From an uncultured Chlamydiae bacterium (GTDB lineage: Bacteria > Chlamydiota > Chlamydiia > Chlamydiales > Parachlamydiaceae), in assembly GCA_963754655.1 (NCBI GenBank), contig CAVWGN010000001.1, positions 2,176,001-2,240,000 on the forward strand: 64,000 bases of DNA, in the 5' to 3' direction. Each line of letters starts with the position of its first letter. Position 1 is the stretch's first letter. Positions 1 through 9,918 of this stretch are shown here, piece by piece. The notes beneath the pieces are model-generated. The model was not told the origin of the DNA. It ran no database searches and worked only from the letters and a program-made list of their open reading frames with translations. A program made the position numbers and the translations under genes.

Positions 1-684
1 CCGACCAATATGCATAAAAATTTCTTTATCATTAAAATTGGGAATTTTCTTAAGGGTGGAGATGATAAAGTCTCCTGCCTGATACCTCTTCTCAGTTACT
101 CGAACGCCGCAGTAAAATTTTTTAATAAATTCATTTTTGATAATGATTAGTCTTTGCTCATCACTACTTGATACAAGAGAGTTTAAAATAGACAATTGCT
201 CTTCCACCACCTGCTGGATATTTTTATTGGCGCTCAATTTGCAAACTATAGGATTCCATGGATAGCGATCCAAAAGAGAAAGAAATAAACTCTTCGGATG
301 AAATAATTGTGAATCAATTATTAACAATTTTTCCAATTTTAGCTTTCGTTTAAGTAGAAATCGATCTATTAGTTTAAACTCCTGAGGGGTAAAATGATCC
401 TTTTGCTTAGTTTTGATACATTCCTGGGGAAATGTGATAGGGAATGGATGATCCTCGTTAAGTTGAAAAAGAGTTCGTAGCAATGAGATACAAGGATTCT
501 TCTCAAAAATGTATTTCCATTTTTTACAGGTCAGTAAAATAGAAGAAATGTCAAGCATAGCTTGGCTTTGATTGACAACCTGATCAAAAATAATTCCTAA
601 CACATCATGAGGAAGTAAGGTATCTAATGAAGCTTCGTTTGTAGTGTTTGGCATTGTAGGTGAATGAAGAAAGAGAGTTTTCAT
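1..684 (-). CDS. F-box-like/DUF4116-repeat protein paralogue (5' part only; runs off the window edge)
   Basis: ATG at 684 with AAGGA RBS overlapping the stop of 694..2415. Nearly identical to 4158..4840 but keeps the intact A6 run. Confidence 0.85.
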   Translation of the reverse strand, partial: MKTLFLHSPTMPNTTNEASLDTLLPHDVLGIIFDQVVNQSQAMLDISSILLTCKKWKYIFEKNPCISLLRTLFQLNEDHPFPITFPQECIKTKQKDHFTPQEFKLIDRFLLKRKLKLEKLLIIDSQLFHPKSLFLSLLDRYPWNPIVCKLSANKNIQQVVEEQLSILNSLVSSSDEQRLIIIKNEFIKKFYCGVRVTEKRYQAGDFIISTLKKIPNFNDKEIFMHIGR

Positions 685-693
685 AATTGTTCC

Positions 694-2415
694 TTAAGCA
701 AGCTCTAGATCATTTTGAAAAATTTCATGTGCAAATTGAAGAGCTCTCCCATTTTGCTGAATGGCAGCTAAGACAATCTCCCAATCTTTTTTAAGGCTTT
801 CATCTGCATATTCAAGAGCATAGCCGCTTTGCTGAACGGCAGCTAAGACAATCTCCCGATCTTTTTTAAGGCTTTCATCTGCATATTCAAGAGCCCAACC
901 ATTTTTCTGAACAGCAGTCAAGAGAAACTCTCGATCATTTTGAAGGCTTTCATCTGCATATTCAAAAGCAATGGCATTTTCCTGAATAGCAGCTAAGACA
1001 ATCTCTCGATCTTTTTTAAAGCTTTCATTTAAAAACTCAAGAGCAGTGCCATCTTGCTGAACAGCAGTCAAGACAAACTCTCGATCATTTTGAAAGGTTT
1101 CATCTGCAAACTCAAGAGCACTGCCATCTTGCTGAACAGCAGTCAAGACAAACTCTCGATCTTTTTTAAAGCTTTCATCTGCATATCGAAGAGCCAAGCC
1201 ATGTTGCTGAACAGCAGCTAAGACAATCTCGCGATCTTTTTTAAAGCTTTCATCTGCATATTTAAGAGCCAAGCCATCTTGCTTAACAGCAGCCAAGACA
1301 ATCTCCCGATCTTTTTTAAAACTTTCATCTGCATATTCAAAAGCCCAACGACATTTCTGAACAGCAGCCAAGACAATCTTCCGATCTTTTTTAAAGCTTT
1401 TATCTGCATATTGAAGAGCCGAACCAGCTTGCTGAACAGCAGCCAAGACAATCTCTCGATCTTTTTTAAAATTTTCATCTGCATATTCAAGAGCCCTACC
1501 ATTTTGCTGAACGGCAGCCAAGACAATCTCTCGATCTTTTTTAATGCTTTCATCTGCGTTTATAAGAGCCCAGCCATTTTGCTGAACGGCAGCCAAGACA
1601 ATTTCTCGATCTTTTTTAAGGCTTTCATCTGCAAGCTTAAGAGCCATGCCATCTTGCTGAATGGCAACCAAGACAATCTCTCGATCTTTTTCAAGGCCGT
1701 CGCATATATCAAAAACAAAACGTCCAAAACATCGACTAATGTGCACCAAAATTTCTTTATCATTAAAATTGGGAATTTTTTTAAGGGTAGAGATAATAGA
1801 GTCTCCTGCCTGATACCTCTTCTCAGTTACTCGAACGCCACAGTAAAATTTTTTAATAAATTCATTTTTGATAATGGTTAATCTTTGCTCATCATTAACT
1901 GATACAAGAGAGTTTAAAATAGACAATTGCTCTTCCGCCACCTGCTGGATATTCTTATTGGCGCTCAATTTGCAAACTAGAGGGTTCCATGGATAGCGAT
2001 TCAAAAGAGAAAGAAATAAACTCTTCGGATGAAATAATTGTGAATCAACCATTAACAATTTTTCCAATCTTCGCTCTCGGTAAAGTAGGAATCGATCTAT
2101 CAGTTTAAATTCCTGAGAAGTAAAATGCTCCTTTTCCTTAGTTTGTATACATTCCTGGGGAAATGTGATAGGGAATGGATGATCCTTATTAAGTTGAAAA
2201 AGAGTTCGTAGCAAGGAGATACAAGGATTCTTCTCAAAAATGTATTTCCATTTTTTACAGGTCAGTAAAATAGAAGAAATGCCATGCATAGAGCAGCTTT
2301 GATTGACAACCTGATCAAAAATAATTCCTAACACATCCTGAGGAAGTAATGTGTCTAAGAAAGTTTCATTTGTAGTGTTTGGCATTGTAGGCGAATGAAG
2401 AAAGAGAGTTTTCAT
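694..2415 (-). CDS. F-box-like N-terminus + about 13 x 25-aa DUF4116-type repeats; candidate secreted effector
   Basis: LLPQDVLGIIFDQV...ISSILLTCKKWKYI F-box-like motif; repeats of the form KDREIVLAAVQQxGxALxxADES. Confidence 0.85.
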   Translation of the reverse strand: MKTLFLHSPTMPNTTNETFLDTLLPQDVLGIIFDQVVNQSCSMHGISSILLTCKKWKYIFEKNPCISLLRTLFQLNKDHPFPITFPQECIQTKEKEHFTSQEFKLIDRFLLYRERRLEKLLMVDSQLFHPKSLFLSLLNRYPWNPLVCKLSANKNIQQVAEEQLSILNSLVSVNDEQRLTIIKNEFIKKFYCGVRVTEKRYQAGDSIISTLKKIPNFNDKEILVHISRCFGRFVFDICDGLEKDREIVLVAIQQDGMALKLADESLKKDREIVLAAVQQNGWALINADESIKKDREIVLAAVQQNGRALEYADENFKKDREIVLAAVQQAGSALQYADKSFKKDRKIVLAAVQKCRWAFEYADESFKKDREIVLAAVKQDGLALKYADESFKKDREIVLAAVQQHGLALRYADESFKKDREFVLTAVQQDGSALEFADETFQNDREFVLTAVQQDGTALEFLNESFKKDREIVLAAIQENAIAFEYADESLQNDREFLLTAVQKNGWALEYADESLKKDREIVLAAVQQSGYALEYADESLKKDWEIVLAAIQQNGRALQFAHEIFQNDLELA

Positions 2416-2524
2416 AATTGTTCCTTAAGGCAAGTGATTAGTATGACTCGGCCTTTTACAAAGGTAAAAAGTCGAGATTAAAAGACAATATTAAAAAATT
2501 ATTTTTTTAATTTAATGTAATTAG

Positions 2525-2960
2525 CTGAAGTTTTGCAAAATTAATTAATTCAAGTTGAGACAAGTTTTAGAGCGTTCATTATATCTGAATTTTGGCATGG
2601 TTCAATTGAAGGTAACATGTTTATGCCGTCCTTTCAGGACTCGATGTCTTGTTGATAGAACCCAGGCCTCCGCTTCGCTGCGACCTGGGCTGTAACATGA
2701 CGGCCCTTCAGGCCTTAACAAAAAGACGATTTAGGGACTATAGCAGAGGGACTTAAACATCTCTTGTTAAGGCCTGAAGGGCCGTCATGTTATAGCCCAA
2801 GTCGCAGCGAAGCGGAGGCCTGGGTTCTATCAAAAAGACATCGAGTCCTGAAAGGACGGCATAAACATGTTACCTTCAATTGAACCATGCCAAAATTCAC
2901 ATATAATGAACGCTTTAAGACTTGTCTCAACTTGAATTAATTAATTTTGCAAAAGTTCAG
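2525..2960. mobile_element. Long palindromic non-autonomous element (REP-doublet core in inverted-repeat shells)
   Basis: About 200-bp inverted arms around a short loop. TAATTA on both sides. Core shared with 32725-33650 and 53982-54377. Confidence 0.8.
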
Positions 2961-3020
2961 TAATTAAATGTTTTAAGTTTTATAGATTTATAACACAACT
3001 CAATAAATTTAGTATAATAT

Positions 3021-3240
3021 TAAATCCTGTTTAGATAAGACCCTCAAGAATAGAAATGCTCAAATAACTAGTACTCCTCTAATTGCTTGAAGCAGGCTCC
3101 GTTTGACAGGTTGGTAAAATAGCGTAGCATTTTTTCAAATGTTTTTACCCATAAAAGCCACCTGAACTTTCCTTGGAAAGCCTTATGCCACGCTCCCTCC
3201 CTGGCTTGTATTTCTTGGAGAAAAAGCTTTAAAAATTGAA
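3021..3240 (-). pseudogene. Decayed duplicate of the waaC 3' end
   Basis: Aligns by eye with 8841-9050 (e.g. gcaggctccgtttgacagg, ttccttggaaagccttatgcc); translates to HKAFQG and GACFKQLEE. Confidence 0.8.
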
Positions 3241-3242
3241 CG

Positions 3243-4840
3243 TCAAGCGCGATCTTGCTGAACAGCAGCCAAGACAATTTCTTGATCATTTTGAAAGCTT
3301 TCATCTGCAAACTCAAGAACCAAGCCATGTTGCCGAACAGCAGCCAAAACAATCTCTCGATCTTTTTTAAAGCTTTCATTTGCATATTTAAGAGCCAAGC
3401 CATCTTGCTGAACGGCAGCCAAAACAATTTCTCGATCACTTTGCAAGCTTTCATTTGCATATTTAAGAGCCAAGCCATCTTGCTGAACGGCAGCCAAACC
3501 AATTTCTCGATCACTTTGCAAGCTTTCATCTGCATATTCAAAAGCCATACCATCTTGCTGAACGGCAGCCAAGACAATCTCTCGATCTTTTTTAAAGCTT
3601 TCATTTGCATAGTCAAGAGCCAAGCCATCTTGCTCAACAGCAGCCAAGACAATCTCTTGATCTTTTTTAAAATTTTCATCTGCATATTGCAGAGTCGTAC
3701 CACATTGCTGAACGGCAGCCAAGACAACCTCTCGATCTTTTTTAAAGCTTTCAACTGCAAATTGAAGAGCCGAACCAGCTTGCTGAACGGCAACCAAGAC
3801 AATCTCTCGATTTTTTTTAAGACTGTCATCCGCATGGTAAAGAGCCTCTCCTCTTTGCTTAACGGCAGCCAAGACAATCTCTCGATCTTTTTTAAGGCTT
3901 TCATCTGCATAGAGAAGAGCATAGCCACTTTGCTGAACGGCAGCCAAGACAATTTCTTGATCTTTTTTAAGGTTTTCATTTACATATTTAAGAGCATAGC
4001 CACTTTGCTTAACGGCCGCCAAGACAATCTCTCGATCTTTTTTAAGGCTTTCATCTGCAAACTTAAGAGCCATGCCCTCTTGCTGAATGGCAGCCAAGAC
4101 AATCTCTCGATCTTTTTCAAGGCCGTCACGTATAGCAAAAACAGAACCTCCAAAACACCGACCAATATGCATAAAAATTTCTTTATCATTAAAATTGGGA
4201 ATTTTCTTAAGGGTGGAGATGATAAAGTCTCCTGCCTGATACCTCTTCTCAGTTACTCGAACGCCGCAGTAAAATTTTTTAATAAATTCATTTTTGATAA
4301 TGATTAGTCTTTGCTCATCACTACTTGATACAAGAGAGTTTAAAATAGACAATTGCTCTTCCACCACCTGCTGGATATTTTTATTGGCGCTCAATTTGCA
4401 AACTATAGGATTCCATGGATAGCGATCCAAAAGAGAAAGAAATAAACTCTTCGGATGAAATAATTGTGAATCAATTATTAACAATTTTTCCAATTTTAGC
4501 TTTCGTTTAAGTAGAAATCGATCTATTAGTTTAAACTCCTGAGGGGTAAAATGATCCTTTTGCTTAGTTTTGATACATTCCTGGGGAAATGTGATAGGGA
4601 ATGGATGATCCTCGTTAAGTTGAAAAAGAGTTCGTAGCAAGGAGATACAAGGATTCTTCTCAAAAATGTATTTCCATTTTTACAGGTCAGTAAAATAGAA
4701 GAAATGTCATGCATAGCTTGGCTTTGATTGACAACTTGATCAAAAATAATTCCTAACACATCATGAGGAAGTAATGTGTCTAAGAAAGCTTCATTGGTAG
4801 TGTTTGGCATTGTAGGTGAATGAAGAAAGAGACTTTTCAT
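3243..4840 (-). pseudogene. Frameshifted F-box-like/DUF4116 paralogue (about 11-12 repeats)
   Basis: Split into ORFs 4526..4840 and 3243..4640. T5 run at 4677-4681 where the other copies have T6 (CKKWK codons). Confidence 0.8.
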
Positions 4841-5001
4841 AATTGTTCCTTAAAGCTATTAATTAGTATTAATTGAGTTTTTACAAATTTAAAAAAATCG
4901 AGATTAAAATATTTTATCAAACAAAACGTTTTTAATTTAAAGACAAGTAAATTTTTAGCTTTTATAGATTTATAACATAAATTAAGAAATTTAGCACATT
5001 A

Positions 5002-5055
5002 TTAAATTTTGCTTAGATAAGGCCATCAAGAATAGAAGTGATCAAATAACTGGTG
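5002..5055 (-). pseudogene. Short relic of the waaC 3' end
   Basis: ttaaattttgcttagataaggccatcaagaatagaagtgatcaaataactggtg matches 8841-8894. Confidence 0.7.
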
Positions 5056-5193
5056 AAACGTCAAGCTCTTACTGAACAGTAGCCAAGGCAATCTCTCAAT
5101 CTTGTTTAAAGCGTTCATCTGCAAAGGCAAAAGCCCGCGCATTTTTCTGAACTTAACAATAGCCATGACAATCTCCTGATCTTTTTAAAACTT

Positions 5194-6783
5194 TCATCTA
5201 TAAAGCAAGAGCCCAACCACTTTTCGATCTTTTTTAAGGCTTTTACCTGCATATAGAAATTTGCCATCTTGCTGAACAGCAGCCAAAACAATCTCTCGAT
5301 CATTTTGAAATCTTTCATCTGCATATTTAAGAGCAAAGCCATTTTGCTGAATGGCAGTTAAAACAAATTCTCGATCTTTTTTAAGGCTTTTACCTGCATA
5401 TTTAAAATATTTGCCATTTTGCTGAACAGCAGCTAAAACAATCTCTCGATCATTTTGAAATCTTTCATCTGCATATTTAAGAGCATAGCCATTTTTCTGA
5501 ATGGCAGTTAAGATAAATTGTCGATCTTTTTTAAGGCTTTCACCTGCATATTTAAAATATTTGCCATTTTGCTGAACAGCAGCTAAAACAATCTCTCTAT
5601 CATTTTGAAATCTTTCATCTGCATATTGAAGAGCGCAGCCATTTTTCTGAATGGCAGTTAAGATAAATTCTCGATCTATTTTAAGGCTTTCATCCGCATC
5701 TTGAAGAATCTGGTCATCTTCATCAAAGGCAAGTAAGACAATCTCTCGATCTTTTTTAAGGCTTTCATCTGCGAATCGAAGAGCCCAGCTATTTTGCTGA
5801 ACGGCAGCCAATACAAACTCTCGATCTTTTTTAAGGCTTTCATCTGCATATTCAAGAGCACTGCCATTTTCCCGAACAGCAGCCAAGACAATCTCTCGAT
5901 CTTTTTTAAGGGTTTTATCTGCAAACTCAAGAGCCCTGCCATCTTGCTGAACGGCAACCAAGACAATCTCTCGATCTTTTTTAAGGTTTTCATTTGCAAA
6001 CTCAAGAGCCAAGCTATCTTGCTGAACAACAGTCAAGACAATGTCGCGATCTTTTTCAAGGCCGTCACGTATAAAAAAGACAGAACGTCCAAAACATCGA
6101 CCAATCTGCATAAAAATTTCTTTATCATTAAAATTGGGAAATTTTTTAAGGGTAAAAATGATAAAATCTCTTACCGAATACCATTTCTTTGTTTCCCGAC
6201 CACCACCACAATAAAGTTTTTTAATAAATTCATTTTTGATAATGGTTAGTCTTTGCTCATCATTAACTGATACAAGAGAGTTTAAAATAGACGACTGCTC
6301 TTCCGCTACCTGCCGAATGTTTTTATTGGCACTCCTTTTGCACACTTCAGGATCCCATATATAGCGATCCAAAAGAGAAAGAAATAAACTCTTCGGATGA
6401 AATAATTGTGAATCCACCATTAACAATTTTTCCAATCTTAACTCTCGGTAAATTAGGACTCGATCTATCAATTTAAATTCCTGAGAGGTAAAATGCTCCT
6501 TTTGCTTAGTTTTGATACACTCCTGGGGAAATGTGACAGAGAATGGATGATTCTCTTTAAATTGAAAAAGAATCCGTACCAATGAGATACAAGGATTCTT
6601 CTCAAAAATGTATTTCCATTTTTTACAGGTCAGTAAAACAGAAGAAATGTCAGGCATAAATTGGCTTTGATTGACAACCTGATCAAAAATAATTCCTAAA
6701 AGCTCGTTTGGAAGTAATGTATTTAAGAAAGCTTCATTTGTAGTGTTTGGGATTATAGGTGAATGAAGAAAGAGAGTTTTCAT
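5194..6783 (-). CDS. F-box-like/DUF4116-repeat protein with decaying C-terminal repeats
   Basis: Paralogous N-terminus; about 11 repeats including a near-identical 50-aa tandem unit; degenerate repeats continue to about 5060. Confidence 0.8.
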   Translation of the reverse strand: MKTLFLHSPIIPNTTNEAFLNTLLPNELLGIIFDQVVNQSQFMPDISSVLLTCKKWKYIFEKNPCISLVRILFQFKENHPFSVTFPQECIKTKQKEHFTSQEFKLIDRVLIYRELRLEKLLMVDSQLFHPKSLFLSLLDRYIWDPEVCKRSANKNIRQVAEEQSSILNSLVSVNDEQRLTIIKNEFIKKLYCGGGRETKKWYSVRDFIIFTLKKFPNFNDKEIFMQIGRCFGRSVFFIRDGLEKDRDIVLTVVQQDSLALEFANENLKKDREIVLVAVQQDGRALEFADKTLKKDREIVLAAVRENGSALEYADESLKKDREFVLAAVQQNSWALRFADESLKKDREIVLLAFDEDDQILQDADESLKIDREFILTAIQKNGCALQYADERFQNDREIVLAAVQQNGKYFKYAGESLKKDRQFILTAIQKNGYALKYADERFQNDREIVLAAVQQNGKYFKYAGKSLKKDREFVLTAIQQNGFALKYADERFQNDREIVLAAVQQDGKFLYAGKSLKKDRKVVGLLLYR

Positions 6784-7053
6784 AATTTTTCCTTAATATA
6801 ATGGATTAGCTTTACTTGAATTTTTACAATTTTAAAAATCGAATCTAAAGATTATATTAAAAAACTTTTATTTAAAAATAATTAAATTTTTTAGTTTTTA
6901 TAGATTTATAACACACATTAAGAAATTTAGTACACTATTAAATGTTGTTTAAAGAAGGCCAGAAGATTTAAATCTGCACATTGAAAGCCAAGCCATGTTG
7001 CTGAATGGGTATGATTAAATCTGGAAGTTTATATTTTTAGCAGATCGATACGA

Positions 7054-7280
7054 AATGGTAGAGCGGGCGGTAGCCGCTTTCAGTGGGAAGCCCCGTATGA
7101 AGCGAGCGTGCGAGAGGAATGCGGAGTGGGCATCAATAAAATATAAACCGCGGAAGCGGTGTGAGTGATCTTACGCTGCTTCCGCAGCTCAATGCTATCT
7201 TGCCTACACCCCGCATTCCACTCGCACGCTCGCTTCATACGGGGCTTCCCACTGAAAGCGGCTACCGCCGCTCTACCATT
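7054..7280. repeat. GC-rich REP-like inverted doublet
   Basis: aatggtagagcgggcggtagccgctttcagtgggaagccccgtatgaagcgagcgtgcgag pairs with its reverse complement ending at 7280. Confidence 0.8.
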
Positions 7281-7309
7281 GCCACTAACAAGAGAAATTA
7301 TTTAGAAGG

Positions 7310-8683
7310 TTAAGTTATCTTGCTGACAGCAGCTAAGATAATCTCTTGATTTTGTTTAAGGCTTTCATCTGCATATTCAAGAGCCAGACCATTTTTCTGA
7401 ACAGCAGCCATGACAAACTCTCGATCTTTTCTAAAGCTTTCATCTGCATATTGAAAAGCAGAGCCATTTTCCTCAACGGCAGCCAAGACAATGTCTCGAT
7501 CTTTTTTAAAGCTTGCATTTGCAAATCGAAGAGCACTGCCCTCTTGCTGAACAGCAATCAGGACAATCTCTCGATCTTTTTTAAAGCTTTCATCTGCAAA
7601 TTCAAGAGCCTCGCCATTTTGCCGAACAGCAGCCAAGACAATCTCTCGATCTTTTTTAAAGCTTTCATCCGCATATTCAAGAGCTAAACCATCTTGCTGA
7701 ACAGCAGTCAAGACAATCTCTTGATCTTTTTTAAGGCTTTCATCTGCATATTGAAGAGCATAGCCATCTTGCTGAATAGCAGCCAAGACAATCTCTCGAT
7801 CTTTTTTAAGGCTTTCATCTGCATATTGAAGAGCCCAGGCATTGGCTTGAATAGCAGCCCGGACAATCTCTCGATCTTTTTTTAAGCTTTCATCTGCAAA
7901 TTGAAGGGCCCTCCAATCTTGCTGCACAATACCCCAGACAATTTCTCGATCTTTTGAAAGGCCGTCATGTATATCAAAAACAAAACGTCCAAAATACCGG
8001 CCAATGTGCATCAAAATTTCTTTATCATTAAAATGGGGAATTTTTTTAAGGGTAGAGATGATAGAGTTTCTTACCTGATACCACTTTTCTGTTTCTCGAC
8101 CACTACCATAGTAAAGTTTTTTAATAAATTCATTTTTGATAAGGGTTAGTCTTTGCTCATCATTAACTGATACAAGAGAGTTTAAAATAGACAACTGCTC
8201 TTCCGCTACCTGCCGAATGTTTTGATTGGCGCTCCTTTTGCACACTTCAGGATCCCATATATAGCGATCCAAAAGAGAAAGAAATAAACTTTTCGGATGA
8301 AATAATTGTGAATCCACCATTAACAATTTTTCCAATGTTAGCTCTTGATAAAGTAGGACTCGATCTATTAGTTTAAATTCCTGAGGGGTAAAATGCTCGC
8401 TTTGCTTAGTTTCGATATACTCCTGGGGAAATGTAACAGGGGATGGGTGATTCTCTTTAAATTGAAAAAGAGTTCGTAGCAATGAGATACAAGGATTCTT
8501 CTCAAAAATGTGTTTCCATTTTTTACAGGTCAGTAAAATAGAAGAGATGTCATGCATAGCTTGGCTTTGATTGACAACCTGATCAAAAACAATTTCTAAC
8601 ACCTCCTGAGGAAGTAAAGTGTCTAAGAAAGCTTCATTGGCAGTGTTTGGCATGGTGGGCGAATGAAGAAAGAGAGTTTTCAT
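7310..8683 (-). CDS. F-box-like/DUF4116-repeat protein (about 8 repeats)
   Basis: Same architecture; first copy after the intact waaC. Confidence 0.85.
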   Translation of the reverse strand: MKTLFLHSPTMPNTANEAFLDTLLPQEVLEIVFDQVVNQSQAMHDISSILLTCKKWKHIFEKNPCISLLRTLFQFKENHPSPVTFPQEYIETKQSEHFTPQEFKLIDRVLLYQELTLEKLLMVDSQLFHPKSLFLSLLDRYIWDPEVCKRSANQNIRQVAEEQLSILNSLVSVNDEQRLTLIKNEFIKKLYYGSGRETEKWYQVRNSIISTLKKIPHFNDKEILMHIGRYFGRFVFDIHDGLSKDREIVWGIVQQDWRALQFADESLKKDREIVRAAIQANAWALQYADESLKKDREIVLAAIQQDGYALQYADESLKKDQEIVLTAVQQDGLALEYADESFKKDREIVLAAVRQNGEALEFADESFKKDREIVLIAVQQEGSALRFANASFKKDRDIVLAAVEENGSAFQYADESFRKDREFVMAAVQKNGLALEYADESLKQNQEIILAAVSKIT

Positions 8684-8840
8684 AATTTTTTCTTAATATA
8701 AGGAATTAACATTTTCGAACTTTAATAATATAAAAAGTGATATTATAATATTTAAATTAAACAAAATATTGTTTATTTTACAAATAACTAAACACTTTAG
8801 TTTTATAAATCATAACATAATTTAATAAATCTAGTAAATA

Positions 8841-9911
8841 TTAAATTTTGTTTAGAGAAGACCACCAAGAATAGAAGTGATTAAATAACAGGTGTTCCTC
8901 TAACTGCTTGATGCAGGCTCCCGTTTGACAGGTGCGTAAGATATCGCAGCGTCTTTCAAATGTTTTGCCGTAAGGGCAATTTCCTTGGAAAGCCTTATGC
9001 CGCTCCCCGATTGGCTTGTATTTATGGGCAGAAGAAGCTCCAAAAACACTATAGGTGGGAGTTGACGTCGTGCCAGCTAAGTGCAAGGGAAGAGAATCCA
9101 TTGCCAGGACAAGATCAACTTGAGCCATTAGATTTTGCAAAGCAGGAAGTGAGAGTCGAGGAATCATGGTACTTATTTGAGGAAAAGCGACAACTAATTC
9201 TTCTACCCGCTTCTTTTCAGCTGAATTACCCCAAATCAATAAGAAATGTGCTTGAAATTGTTTTGCCAAATCTCGCAAAAAACCTTGCCAGGTCTTTTGA
9301 GAAATTTGTTTATTTGACCAATTTGATCCTGGGCAAACGAGGACTTTTAAACCTTGACACTGCCGCAAATGATCTACAACCGGTTGCAGCTGAATCTTTT
9401 CTGAGGGAGAAAGATTTAACTGCACTCCTCCATTGATTGTTTCCTTGAAATTGCCTAAAGCGCTTTGTGCAATAAAAAGATATTCTTCTCTAGCATTTTG
9501 ACCACTAGGAGGATGATAACGTTTGTGTGTCATTAAAAGATTAGGCCATTCAGACACAGAAGGATAGCCGAAGCCAACCTTCATCGAGCTTCTGGCACAC
9601 CCTGTGAAGAAGCCAGACTTTGCATTTCCCTGCAAATCCAAAACTAAATCATAGCGTTTTTTGCGCAATTCCCGACAAAAGTGAAACATCTCCTGCCAAG
9701 TTTCTCTTTTTAAGAATTGAGAACGCCATTTCTTTGTTTGAACACACAAGACTCCCTGAACCAAGGGATGAGCTTGTATAAGCTCTGCAAAGGGTAGCTC
9801 TACTATCCAATCAATTTCGCATTGGGCTTGACATTGTTTAAGATATTGCAAAACAGGAAAAGCATGAATAATATCTCCCAATGAAGACATTTTGACAATG
9901 AGAATACGCAT
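8841..9911 (-). CDS. waaC: Lipopolysaccharide heptosyltransferase I (GT9)
   Basis: MRILIVKMSSLGDIIH, YDLVLDLQG, DSLPLHLA; start moved to ATG 9911. Confidence 0.85.
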   Translation of the reverse strand: MRILIVKMSSLGDIIHAFPVLQYLKQCQAQCEIDWIVELPFAELIQAHPLVQGVLCVQTKKWRSQFLKRETWQEMFHFCRELRKKRYDLVLDLQGNAKSGFFTGCARSSMKVGFGYPSVSEWPNLLMTHKRYHPPSGQNAREEYLFIAQSALGNFKETINGGVQLNLSPSEKIQLQPVVDHLRQCQGLKVLVCPGSNWSNKQISQKTWQGFLRDLAKQFQAHFLLIWGNSAEKKRVEELVVAFPQISTMIPRLSLPALQNLMAQVDLVLAMDSLPLHLAGTTSTPTYSVFGASSAHKYKPIGERHKAFQGNCPYGKTFERRCDILRTCQTGACIKQLEEHLLFNHFYSWWSSLNKI

Positions 9912-9918
9912 GATCGAC

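Noticed and set aside
1218..8149. Alternate-frame and antisense ORFs over the DUF4116 genes (e.g. 1279..1881, 3068..3979, 3255..4307)
   Set aside because: Shadows of stop-poor 75-bp repeats; the tail of 3068..3979 is the waaC relic.
1..8683. Diversity-generating retroelement behind the repeat variation
   Set aside because: No reverse transcriptase or template repeat in the window, and the differences do not look adenine-specific.
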